A DNA stretch of 33,106 nt, from IMG/VR virus record IMGVR_UViG_3300037506_000432, positions 1 to 33,106 of that record. One strand, 5' to 3'. This DNA is from a virus (Duplodnaviria; Caudoviricetes). The notes beneath the pieces are model-generated. The model ran no database searches, was not told where the DNA came from, and saw only the letters and a list, made by a program, of their open reading frames with translations. The position numbers and the translations under genes are program-made. This document shows, piece by piece, positions 18,679 to 26,396 of this stretch (position 1 is its first letter; the number at the start of each line of letters is the position of its first letter).

Positions 18679-19128
18679 CTATGCGTACCGAAAGCGGTAT
18701 CCCTTATGTGTCGCTCGTGCCCCCGCAAGCACGAGCTGTGCTAGCCGATAGGACAACCCTCGTGACCGGCAGAACTGAGCCAGATTGTCGCTGTATCCGA
18801 ACTCAGTACCACACTCCCAGACAAAAGCTATGCCCGCGCCAGAGCCCGCGTTCTGCGGCTTGATCTGATTGAGCGCTATGTACCCTTCAGCTTGGACGCG
18901 CTGAAGGTGCGCGCTCTCTCGCGCTGTGAGCTGAGCGGGCGAGCATTTTTCTACAAGCTCGAAGCGTACGCTTTGAGCTCCGTCAAACGCTTGCTGGAGC
19001 AAGCGATTATCGTGCTTGCCTTTGGCCAGCTTGCCAAAGTGGGCCAACTTGCGCCGCTCGACCTCTAGCGACTGCCCGACATAAGCATATGTGCTATCGA
19101 TGGTTATCGTGTAAATGCCTACTGTCAT
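18679..19128 (-). CDS. GIY-YIG endonuclease with C-terminal NUMOD-like DNA-binding domain
   Basis: GIYTI...YVGQS...RR...H, H-x-N-x-x-LQ, RE, LN motifs; C-terminal NLAQFCR...THKGYRF. Start revised to ATG 19128 (GGAGG RBS). Confidence 0.88.
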   Translation of the reverse strand: MTVGIYTITIDSTYAYVGQSLEVERRKLAHFGKLAKGKHDNRLLQQAFDGAQSVRFELVEKCSPAQLTARESAHLQRVQAEGYIALNQIKPQNAGSGAGIAFVWECGTEFGYSDNLAQFCRSRGLSYRLAQLVLAGARATHKGYRFRYA

Positions 19129-19173
19129 TACAGACCTCCATGTACGAGCGGAGTGTTTATCCCCTACACTTAT

Positions 19174-19202
19174 ACTATACCACGTTTTCTCATCCGTGTC
19201 AA
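19174..19202 (-). promoter_or_regulatory. Sigma70-type promoter (cassette copy 5, GIY-YIG/replication operon)
   Basis: TTGACA-17 bp-TATAGT with extended -10 TG. Confidence 0.8.
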
Positions 19203-19274
19203 GAGGCAATTTTATAAAGCTTGCACAGCATGTAGTAATACGCTCTCGCTACACGCTGTGCTCTACAGTATGCC

Positions 19275-19673
19275 TTACGTGTCCGGCCAGGATACAAAAG
19301 TAGCGCCTTGGTCGCGCACATTGCGCATGTCTGCACCTTTAAAGGTGCAACCTAAAAGTTTGGCGGAGTTTAACACCGCCATTTCCAAATCCGCCGCGTC
19401 AAAAACGCATCTGCGGAGTGTTGCGTACTCAAAGTTGGCGCCTTCTAAGAAAGCGCCTGAGAAGTTGCAGTCTTCTACGTATGCGTACGCGAAAACTGCG
19501 CCCACCATGTCACAATCCTTAAACGAAACGTTCCGCAAAACGCAATTCGTAAAAACTGCGTTTTTGAGGTCTAGCCCACGAAAGTTCACATCTTTGAATA
19601 ATAACCCCGTAAACATGTACCGACCGTAGTCCCAGAACTTTTCCACACCTTCGTCTCCAATTAAGAGTTTCAT
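19275..19673 (-). CDS. Pentapeptide repeat protein (paralog 6)
   Basis: A/C-x-F/L-x-x periodicity (CNFSG AFLEG ANFEY ATLRR). Start revised to ATG 19673 (AAGGAG RBS). Confidence 0.9.
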   Translation of the reverse strand: MKLLIGDEGVEKFWDYGRYMFTGLLFKDVNFRGLDLKNAVFTNCVLRNVSFKDCDMVGAVFAYAYVEDCNFSGAFLEGANFEYATLRRCVFDAADLEMAVLNSAKLLGCTFKGADMRNVRDQGATFVSWPDT

Positions 19674-19716
19674 ATTGTTCTCCTTGTGTGTGTGTTTGAA
19701 TACTTCCGACACCTAG

Positions 19717-19745
19717 AGTATAGCACACGAGGCTCGGCTTGTCAA
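19717..19745 (-). promoter_or_regulatory. Sigma70-type promoter (cassette copy 4)
   Basis: TTGACA-17 bp-TATACT with extended -10 TG, inside a repeated block. Confidence 0.85.
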
Positions 19746-19768
19746 GAGGCATTTTTAAGCAGATAGCA

Positions 19769-19793
19769 CAGCGCAAGCTCAAAGCTTGCGCTG
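19769..19793 (-). terminator. Hairpin between pentapeptide cassettes, possible terminator
   Basis: CAGCGCAAGCT/AGCTTGCGCTG 11-bp stem with only a weak U-tract. A related copy lies at 20952-20982. Confidence 0.45.
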
Positions 19794-19810
19794 CGCTTCA
19801 AGCACGAGCG

Positions 19811-20194
19811 CTATTCGAATCGCGCAGTGCTCTTGTCTACCCCGCCCATCGACGCGGGGGAGAATACACAATCCCTGAATGTCGCGTTGTTCAACACAAC
19901 CTCATCCATAATAGCCATATCGAAGCTGCTCTCCGAAAAGACAGCCTTCGATAGCTTTGCACCTCTCAAATCGGCGCTTTCGAAATCAGCCTCCTCGACA
20001 ACCGAGCCTATGAAACTTGCGCCATTGAGAGAGCACCCATTGAACGAGACGTTTACAAGCTCCGAGCCGTCAAAACACGCCCCTACCAAATTAAGACCTT
20101 CGAAACTAATGTTTTCGATCAGCTCGTTGGAGAACTTGAAACGACCGTCCACCCAATAAGCTTCCAACGTCTGGGAATCGAACTTGTTGTACAT
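19811..20194 (-). CDS. Pentapeptide repeat protein (paralog 5)
   Basis: ADFES ADLRG AKLSK AVFSE repeats; AAGGAG RBS. Confidence 0.9.
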   Translation of the reverse strand: MYNKFDSQTLEAYWVDGRFKFSNELIENISFEGLNLVGACFDGSELVNVSFNGCSLNGASFIGSVVEEADFESADLRGAKLSKAVFSESSFDMAIMDEVVLNNATFRDCVFSPASMGGVDKSTARFE

Positions 20195-20236
20195 GTCAGT
20201 CTCCTTTGTGTGTATATGATTACTTCCGACACCTAG

Positions 20237-20265
20237 AGTATATCACATGCTGTGCAGCTTGTCAA
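20237..20265 (-). promoter_or_regulatory. Sigma70-type promoter (cassette copy 3)
   Basis: TTGACA-17 bp-TATACT with extended -10 TG. Confidence 0.85.
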
Positions 20266-20302
20266 GAGGCAGTTTTAGAAAGCTAGCACAGCATGTAGTA
20301 GT

Positions 20303-20860
20303 CTACTCGTAAGCTGGAGGTGTATCCTCCTCCACAAACGCCTCGATTAAGTCGCATTCTATAAACACGACGTTGGGAAGGTGCAAACAGGTAACGTTTG
20401 CGTTCGTGAAAACAGAGTTCCGCACCACAATGTGCGAGAAGTCCGCATAACGTAGCGAGCTATCGGCGAAATCGACAGTTTCCAAATACGCACTGTCAAA
20501 CGACGTCGTATCGCATACCGAGCGTGCAAACGTCGTATTTGCCGCAACTAAAGAGCTAAGGTTTGCGTTCTTTAAGCTTGCACTGTCAAATGTGCAGCCG
20601 ACACACCTAGCACTTACAAAATCCGCGCTGTACATTACAGCGCCCGAGAAGTCTGTATTCTCAAGGTATGCACGATTAAAGCTTGCGCCATTGAGCGCGC
20701 AACCTTTGAACGAAACGTTCATGAGGATAGCGCGATCGAAACAAGCGTTCGTCAAGGATACCCCCTCGAACGAGATACCAGAGAACGTGAGACCCGCAAA
20801 ATTGTATCTGTTACCGTCCCACGCGGACTCCAATACTTTTGAACTGATGTTTGCGTACAT
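20303..20860 (-). CDS. Pentapeptide repeat protein (paralog 4, longest)
   Basis: ASFNR AYLEN TDFSG AVMYS ADFVS repeats. Start revised to ATG 20860 (AAGGAG RBS). Confidence 0.9.
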   Translation of the reverse strand: MYANISSKVLESAWDGNRYNFAGLTFSGISFEGVSLTNACFDRAILMNVSFKGCALNGASFNRAYLENTDFSGAVMYSADFVSARCVGCTFDSASLKNANLSSLVAANTTFARSVCDTTSFDSAYLETVDFADSSLRYADFSHIVVRNSVFTNANVTCLHLPNVVFIECDLIEAFVEEDTPPAYE

Positions 20861-20902
20861 GTCAGTCTCCTTTGTGTGTATATGATTACTTCCGACACCT
20901 AG

Positions 20903-20931
20903 AGTATAGCACACGAGGCTCGGCTTGTCAA
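20903..20931 (-). promoter_or_regulatory. Sigma70-type promoter (cassette copy 2)
   Basis: TTGACA-17 bp-TATACT, identical to the copy at 19717-19745. Confidence 0.85.
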
Positions 20932-20951
20932 GAGGCATTTTTAAGCAGATA

Positions 20952-20982
20952 GCACAGCGCAAGCTCAAAACTTGCGCTGTGC
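20952..20982 (-). terminator. Hairpin between pentapeptide cassettes, possible terminator
   Basis: GCACAGCGCAAG/CTTGCGCTGTGC 12-bp stem just downstream of paralog 3. Confidence 0.45.
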
Positions 20983-20997
20983 CGCATACGCGGTACG

Positions 20998-21423
20998 CTA
21001 CCGCCGAGTACCGCTCCAGCTAACGGCATCGCCGTCGCAGCGAATAAGACGTGCAGAGCTAAGCTTAGCGTTTAACATCGAATACGGGCGTAGTGCACAA
21101 TTAACGAGCCGCGCACCAGAAAAGTCCACGCGATCCATAATCGCGCTGGTGAAATCGCAATTGACCAGCACTGCACCCTCAAAACTAGCGTCTCGCAGTG
21201 TCGCACTGCTGAAATCGACGTTTTCGAGATAAGCGTTGTCGAATAGCGTATCATCGCATACACAATACGTAAAAGTTGCGTTTTTGATGCTTGTGTCGCG
21301 GAATATTGTATAGCGCAATTCCATGTCCTCGAAAGACACGTTTGCAAAGAATAGTCCCGCAAACGAGTACTTTTCGCCGTCCCAGAACCCGCCGAGCGAA
21401 AGATCGCAGAATAAGGGCTCCAT
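20998..21423 (-). CDS. Pentapeptide repeat protein (paralog 3)
   Basis: AYLEN VDFSS ATLRD ASFEG AVLVN repeats; AGGAG RBS. Confidence 0.9.
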   Translation of the reverse strand: MEPLFCDLSLGGFWDGEKYSFAGLFFANVSFEDMELRYTIFRDTSIKNATFTYCVCDDTLFDNAYLENVDFSSATLRDASFEGAVLVNCDFTSAIMDRVDFSGARLVNCALRPYSMLNAKLSSARLIRCDGDAVSWSGTRR

Positions 21424-21436
21424 ACCGTACTCCTGT

Positions 21437-21826
21437 CTACTGTGGTAGTATCACAGCGTTGACGTAGTGTGCGCCGTTCAAGCGCGCACCTGCAAAATTA
21501 CAAGCGATACATTTGGCGTAGTATAGATCCATGCCATCCAACTCCGCCATAGGGAAGACTGACCTGCGGATGGTTGCGTGGCCAAAGTCGGCCTTGCGCA
21601 AAGAAGCGCCGTTGAAGGAACATTGCTCCAAATAAGCGTTTGCAAAAATGGAGTTGTCACACACGCAGTTGTCAAAGCCCACGTTTAGAAGCGTTGCGTC
21701 GTAGAAAGACGCGCCTGCGAGATGTATGCCCTCAAAAGACACATCCTCAAAAAACGCCCCGCTAAAAACGTACCGACCATCGACGAGATACCGCTCCAAT
21801 TCGGATTGTGCAAGCCTCTTGCGCAT
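21437..21826 (-). CDS. Pentapeptide repeat protein (paralog 2)
   Basis: AYLEQ CSFNG ASLRK ADFGH repeats; AAGGAGG RBS. Confidence 0.9.
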   Translation of the reverse strand: MRKRLAQSELERYLVDGRYVFSGAFFEDVSFEGIHLAGASFYDATLLNVGFDNCVCDNSIFANAYLEQCSFNGASLRKADFGHATIRRSVFPMAELDGMDLYYAKCIACNFAGARLNGAHYVNAVILPQ

Positions 21827-21891
21827 ATACCCTCCTTGTGTGATTACATAGCAGCGCGAAGTGTGGAGTACGCGCTACCACAGATACTATA

Positions 21892-22257
21892 CTACTCTAT
21901 AATTGTTACGTTACGGACTGTGTCAAGGACACAGTCTGTGAACTTTGCTTGTTGTATGGCAACGTACTCTAGGTTTGCAGCAGCAAACGTTGAGTTTTTG
22001 ACTGTAGCGTACGAGAAGTCCGCATTTCGCAGATTGGCATCGGAAAAATCGGCGTTCTCAATGTGCGCGTGTGCAAAACTTGCACCTGCGCAATCCGTAC
22101 CGCAAAAGCTCACGTTCCGCAGCAAGCACCCCTCAAAGTTTGCATTGACCAGCTCTACGCCCTCAAACGTCACTCCATCGAACATGTGACCGGTAAAATC
22201 GTACCGACCGTTTAACCAACAAGCTTCCAACGTCTCCGCGTCAATTGCCTTGTACAT
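21892..22257 (-). CDS. Pentapeptide repeat protein (paralog 1)
   Basis: ADFSD ANLRN ADFSY ATVKN repeats. Start revised to ATG 22257 (AAGGAGG RBS). Confidence 0.9.
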   Translation of the reverse strand: MYKAIDAETLEACWLNGRYDFTGHMFDGVTFEGVELVNANFEGCLLRNVSFCGTDCAGASFAHAHIENADFSDANLRNADFSYATVKNSTFAAANLEYVAIQQAKFTDCVLDTVRNVTIIE

Positions 22258-22297
22258 GTCAACCTCCTTAGTGTATATACTTACTAACGACACCTAG

Positions 22298-22326
22298 AGT
22301 ATATCACACGAGGCTCGGCCTGTCAA
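22298..22326 (-). promoter_or_regulatory. Sigma70-type promoter (cassette copy 1)
   Basis: TTGACA-17 bp-TATACT with extended -10 TG. Confidence 0.85.
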
Positions 22327-22344
22327 GAAGCATTGTGCACGACG

Positions 22345-22821
22345 CTACTCCATACGCTCGCGCTCCGCTCGCTCACGCACACGCTCAGCAAACAGAGCGT
22401 TGCGCGTACGCTCCTCGTTGCAGGACAGCATGCATGCAGCCCGACGCTCCGCGACAGCCCGCCAGTACTCCAGCTCCTCCGCGTACGCTAAGCTCTCCAG
22501 GCGCGGAAGCGGAGCGCTCCGCTCAAAGCTCAGCGGCAAGCGCACCCCCGCGTCCACTAACTGCGGCAGAAGCATGCACAGCCGCTCTGCAAGCGTCTGC
22601 GCTACAAGCATCTGCGATGTGGTGTACGCCTGGCCGTGCACGAGCATTCCGCGCAAGCGCTCGCTCAGAGCGTGTGCGAGCGCGTACACACGCGCATAGA
22701 GCGAGCGAGCGCTCGCTGGCGGCTGCATATCCGCAAGCTCTAGCTCCAGCCAATCAAGCCGCACGAGCGTATCGTACGGATAGTCCAGCACATCATACGG
22801 GGCGCGGGTACGGATTGTCAT
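22345..22821 (-). CDS. Hypothetical protein, tandem paralog B
   Basis: Shares YDVL-x-Y, DAGVRLPLSFER and YAEELEYWR with 22818-23333. Start revised to ATG 22821 (ATGA coupling, GAAAGGA RBS). Confidence 0.75.
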   Translation of the reverse strand: MTIRTRAPYDVLDYPYDTLVRLDWLELELADMQPPASARSLYARVYALAHALSERLRGMLVHGQAYTTSQMLVAQTLAERLCMLLPQLVDAGVRLPLSFERSAPLPRLESLAYAEELEYWRAVAERRAACMLSCNEERTRNALFAERVRERAERERME

Positions 22822-23333
22822 GAACGGACGTCCTTTCTCGCTTCCCACATCGCCTCAAACGGGCGTGTGCGTGGCGGGAGCTTGAGCCTTTTCAACAGTC
22901 GTAGAAACGCAGCGTTCCGCGCTTGCTGCGCCTCGCACATAAGCGGATTTCTGACTCGCCGCCAAGCGAGCTTACGCCAGTACTCCAGCTCCTCCGCATA
23001 CTCTAGTGTCGAGATGTCAGGAAGCGTCGTAGGGCGCTCAAAGCTCAGCGGCAAGCGCACGCCCGCGTCTGTAAGCGTACGTAGTACTCCTACAAGCGCG
23101 TCGATGTCCGCGTAGAATGCGGCGAGAGGGAATACGCGCTTGTGCACAAGAAGCCCGTGCAGGCGCCTGTGCAAGCTCCGCGCCAGCTTCAAAGCGCGAG
23201 CGTATACCGCAGCGCTTGTGTCGGGTGGGCAGGGGGCGGCAAGCTCATCCTTGAGCCATTCGAGCCGAGCGAGCGTGTCATGCGAATACTCCAGCACGTC
23301 ATACGCCTGGCTACTACGATTAGACAGTACCAT
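22818..23333 (-). CDS. Hypothetical protein, tandem paralog A
   Basis: First gene of the - arm, GAAAGGA RBS, clear paralog of the neighbouring gene. Confidence 0.75.
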   Translation of the reverse strand: MVLSNRSSQAYDVLEYSHDTLARLEWLKDELAAPCPPDTSAAVYARALKLARSLHRRLHGLLVHKRVFPLAAFYADIDALVGVLRTLTDAGVRLPLSFERPTTLPDISTLEYAEELEYWRKLAWRRVRNPLMCEAQQARNAAFLRLLKRLKLPPRTRPFEAMWEARKDVRS

Positions 23334-23392
23334 AGCTCATTCCTTTCGTTCTACGAGCGCGTACGCACACGCGCACGCTTTCTCAGCTCATG

Positions 23393-23422
23393 AGTATAGC
23401 AAAACGCTCACGCCAACGTCAA
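23393..23422 (-). promoter_or_regulatory. Sigma70-type promoter for the leftward arm
   Basis: TTGACG-18 bp-TATACT with extended -10 TG. Confidence 0.65.
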
Positions 23423-23607
23423 TAGTACTTTTGTACTAGACGTACCGCGTGCGCGTAGCGCTCAGACGCAAGCACATAGTAGCGCTCAGCGTAGCGCTCA
23501 GACGCAAGCAATTATGAGCGCTCAGACGCAAGCACATAGGAGCGCAGAGCAAAGCGCTCACACGAGTACCTCTACGCACATAGTACTTTTGTACGTACCG
23601 CGTGCGC
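23423..23607. repeat. Short direct-repeat block
   Basis: AGCGCTCAGACGCAAGCA occurs three times, bracketed by two copies of TAGTACTTTTGTAC...GTACCGCGTGCGCG. Confidence 0.75.
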
Positions 23608-23879
23608 GGAGCGTGTGCGTATCGCTCAGCAAAGCGCATAGCAACGCGCAATGCCGAACAATATGCTTATTACGAATAGGTGTAGTAGGTACTATGCAAA
23701 AGACAGGACCATAGTACTAGCGAAACATTAAAGGAACATTAGAATTAACTATTCACACACGCTCCGCTCAGCTCCGCTCCAGCACAAGCTAAAGCTCAGC
23801 GTAGCCACGTACACGTGTAAAGCGTTTTAAATAGCGGGGTATTGACAGGGGGGGTTATAATCTAATTAGAAGAGCAAAA

Positions 23880-25075
23880 AGCTCAGCGGCGCTCGCAGCT
23901 GCCAGCCGACAGCTCGCAGCTCACAGCTCACAGCTACGAGCTAGCAGCTAGCAGCTCACAGCTAGCAGCTACGAGCTGTGCAGCTAAGCTAAGCGTAAGC
24001 TAAGCGTAAGCTTAAGCGCGAGCTTAAGCGCGAGCTTGCTTATATATACAAAGCAAAGCAACGCTAAGACGCAAGCAAGCAGAGCTCGCTACTCTATACA
24101 AAGCAAGCAACGCTAGCTAAGCTAAGCTAAGCTTGAGCTTAAGCGCGAGCTTGCTTAGACGCAAGCATATATACAAGCAACGCGAGCTAAGACGCATATA
24201 TATAAACAAGCAAAGCTCGCTAAGCTCGCTAAGACGTAAGCAAGCAGAGCTTGCTACTCTAAAGACAAACAAGCAAAGCGAGCTAAGCTAAGCTAAGCTA
24301 AGCTTGAGCTTAAGCGCGAGCTTGCTTAGCATAAACAAACAAAGCAGAGCAAGCAAAGCTCGACGCAAGCACACATAAGACGCACATAAGCAAAGCGAGC
24401 TACTCTAAACAAAGCAAGCAAAGCGAGCTAAGCTAAGCTAAGCTAAGCTAAGCTAAGCTAAGCGTAAGCTTGAGCGCGAGCTTGCTTAGACGCAAGTATA
24501 TAAACAAACAAAGCGAGCTAAGCTCGACGCAAGCATACAAAGCAAGCAAAGCTAGCTACGTCGCATATACAAACAAGCAAAGCTAGCTAAGACGCAAGCA
24601 AGCTAAGCGAGCTTGCTTATCTATATATACCGAACAAAGCAAGCTAAGCAAGACGCAAGCAATCTAAGCGAGCTAAGCTTAAGCTTAAGCTTGAGCTTGA
24701 GCTTGAGCGCGAGCTTGCTTATATATACAAAGCAAGCAAAGCTAGCTAAGACGCAAGCAAACATAAGACGCAAGCAAGCAGAGCTCGCTACTCTATACAA
24801 AGCAAGCAACGCTAAGCTAGCTAAGCTTAAGCTTGAGCTTGAGCTTGAGCTTGAGCTTGCTTATTCACTATATATAAGCAAAGCTAGCAAAGCTTGCTTC
24901 TATAGATATACCGAACAAAGCTAGCAAAGCTTAAGCTTAAGCTTAAGCTCGCTTTTTATAGATACATAAGCAAAGCTAGCAAAGCTTACATAGCTACACT
25001 CTATAAGCCGATCTTACGAAGCAAGCTTGCTAAGCTAAGCTAAGCTAAGCTAAGCTTGAGCTTAAGCTCTAGCAC
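23880..25075. repeat. AGCT-rich nested satellite-like repeat array
   Basis: 7-bp AGCT-periodic run (about 23910-23985), (AGCTA)7 at 24426-24460, (AAGCTT)2(GAGCTT)4 at 24823-24858, recurring GCGCGAGCTTGCTTA, and an exact 51-bp repeat at 24065-24115 and 24764-24814. Confidence 0.92.
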
Positions 25076-25104
25076 GCGCTAATTGTTTAGCGCCCAAACT
25101 ATGC

Positions 25105-25620
25105 CTTGCTTTAGGCGTATGGAGCTACATAAGATACGCAAAGCGTACTCTCTAGTCGCCTAAGCAAAGCTTACTCTCGGCGTATAAACGTAGCTAGCTA
25201 TGTCGTATAAGATAAGCATAACTTACTCTCGGCGTATAAGATACGCTATGTGTATCTTAGGCGTATAAGATAAGCTAGCCATACTCTAGTCGCCTAAGAT
25301 ACGCACAGCGTACTACCTAAGCTATGCTTGCTCTCGGCGTATAAGCTCAGCTAGCTATGCGTCTAAGATACGCATTACTTACTCTAGGCGTCTACGATAC
25401 GCAAAGCTTGCTCTAAACGTCTATAGATACGCAAAGCTTGCTCTCGGCGTATAAGCTCAGCTAGCTATGTCGCTTAAGATACGCATAGCGTACTACCTAA
25501 GCCAAGCTTGCTCTAGGCGTATACAGGAAGCTAGCTAGTCGCCTAAGCAAAGCGTACTCTCTACTCTCGCTAGTCGCTTAAGATACGCATAGCGTACTAC
25601 CTAAGCTCAGCTCAGCGCCT
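25105..25620. repeat. Iteron-like degenerate direct-repeat array
   Basis: TAAGATACGCAYAGCGTACTACCTAAGC at 25295, 25475 and 25579; GCTTGCTCTCGGCGTATAAGCTCAGCTAGCTATG at 25326 and 25436; repeated GGCGTATA. Confidence 0.85.
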
Positions 25621-25695
25621 GCTACTTGTCTGTTTGCGCCTGTGTATCGCAGCAAGCACGTGGGGCGCAGTTAGGCGTATATGAAAGGAGCGTAT

Positions 25696-26007
25696 ATGTG
25701 GCACACAAAGCGTAGTACAAGCGCGGCGGATGTGTCGACCATCAGGCTACAAGCTACTCCGCGTCCGAATGGAGACGCGGTTGTGACGTACATCCAAGCT
25801 GGGCAAGGCTACGTGCTGTACGTAGCGAGCGACGGGCGAGAGACAAAGATTTCGCCAGGCTTACCATCGGATGTGATGTACGACAGTCTCAGTGGATGGT
25901 TTGTCGAGGGTCACAACGCTATCCGTGTAGCGGCAGTCGTGTATCCGAAGGGGCAAAGCGGTAAGACGGCGAGAGTTGTATACTTTACGCTGCCGCTTCA
26001 GTGGTAG
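25696..26007 (+). CDS. Hypothetical protein (first gene of rightward arm)
   Basis: AAGGAG RBS before ATG 25696; beta-rich 103 aa. Confidence 0.65.
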   Translation: MWHTKRSTSAADVSTIRLQATPRPNGDAVVTYIQAGQGYVLYVASDGRETKISPGLPSDVMYDSLSGWFVEGHNAIRVAAVVYPKGQSGKTARVVYFTLPLQW

Positions 26008-26026
26008 AGAGAGAGAGGAGTACGCT

Positions 26027-26386
26027 ATGCCGGAGCTAGGTACAACAGGCGTTTTGCTGGCAGCGCTCACGTCGCTGGTGGTCAGCACCGTGTTGAGTGT
26101 GATTACAGAGTTTGCGGTAGAGCTTGGCGGGCAGCTAGGCGCAGCGTCTCGCATTAAGCCGTTGCTTGCGCTCGTAGTTGCGCTCATCCTGACCATTGCA
26201 GCGCGATTTGGGGTGTTCAACAGCGTACTCCCGGAGGCGAACGCGCTGCCCGCGCTCGCTGACTATGCGCTTACCGCGTTGCTTGTAGCGTCGAGCGCGA
26301 GCGTGGTGAACAGCGCGAAGGACGCGCTCTATTATAATGCGAAGCTTTCCCAAGAGACGGCCGTGAAGAAGTCGCTTTACGGCTAA
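26027..26386 (+). CDS. Holin (three predicted transmembrane helices)
   Basis: Three hydrophobic segments with a basic C-terminus, directly upstream of the endolysin. GAGGAG RBS before ATG 26027. Confidence 0.7.
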   Translation: MPELGTTGVLLAALTSLVVSTVLSVITEFAVELGGQLGAASRIKPLLALVVALILTIAARFGVFNSVLPEANALPALADYALTALLVASSASVVNSAKDALYYNAKLSQETAVKKSLYG

Positions 26387-26396
26387 GGAGGGCGCG

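Noticed and set aside
18679-19128. Group I intron hosting the GIY-YIG gene
   Set aside because: The gene has its own promoter and RBS, flanks are short, and no interrupted host gene is evident.
19519-19782. ORF 19519-19782 and the N-terminal extension of 20303-20968 (MSLRCAICLKMPLDK...)
   Set aside because: The shared peptide is just the translated promoter repeat. True starts follow the AAGGAG RBS downstream.
19275-22257. Diversity-generating retroelement or integron as cause of the paralog array
   Set aside because: No reverse transcriptase, no template/variable repeat pair with adenine-specific differences, no integrase and no attC-like sites seen.
23436-23714. ORFs 23436-23651 (-) and 23514-23714 (+)
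   Set aside because: They overlie a direct-repeat block, give repetitive CLRLSA peptides and lack a convincing RBS.
24613-24924. ORFs 24613-24924 (+) and 24621-24809 (-)
   Set aside because: SLSLSL/LKLKLK translations are by-products of hexamer repeats, with no RBS.
23880-25620. CRISPR or mini-CRISPR array
   Set aside because: Repeats are degenerate and variable in length, the intervening sequences are themselves repetitive rather than unique spacers, and no cas genes are present.
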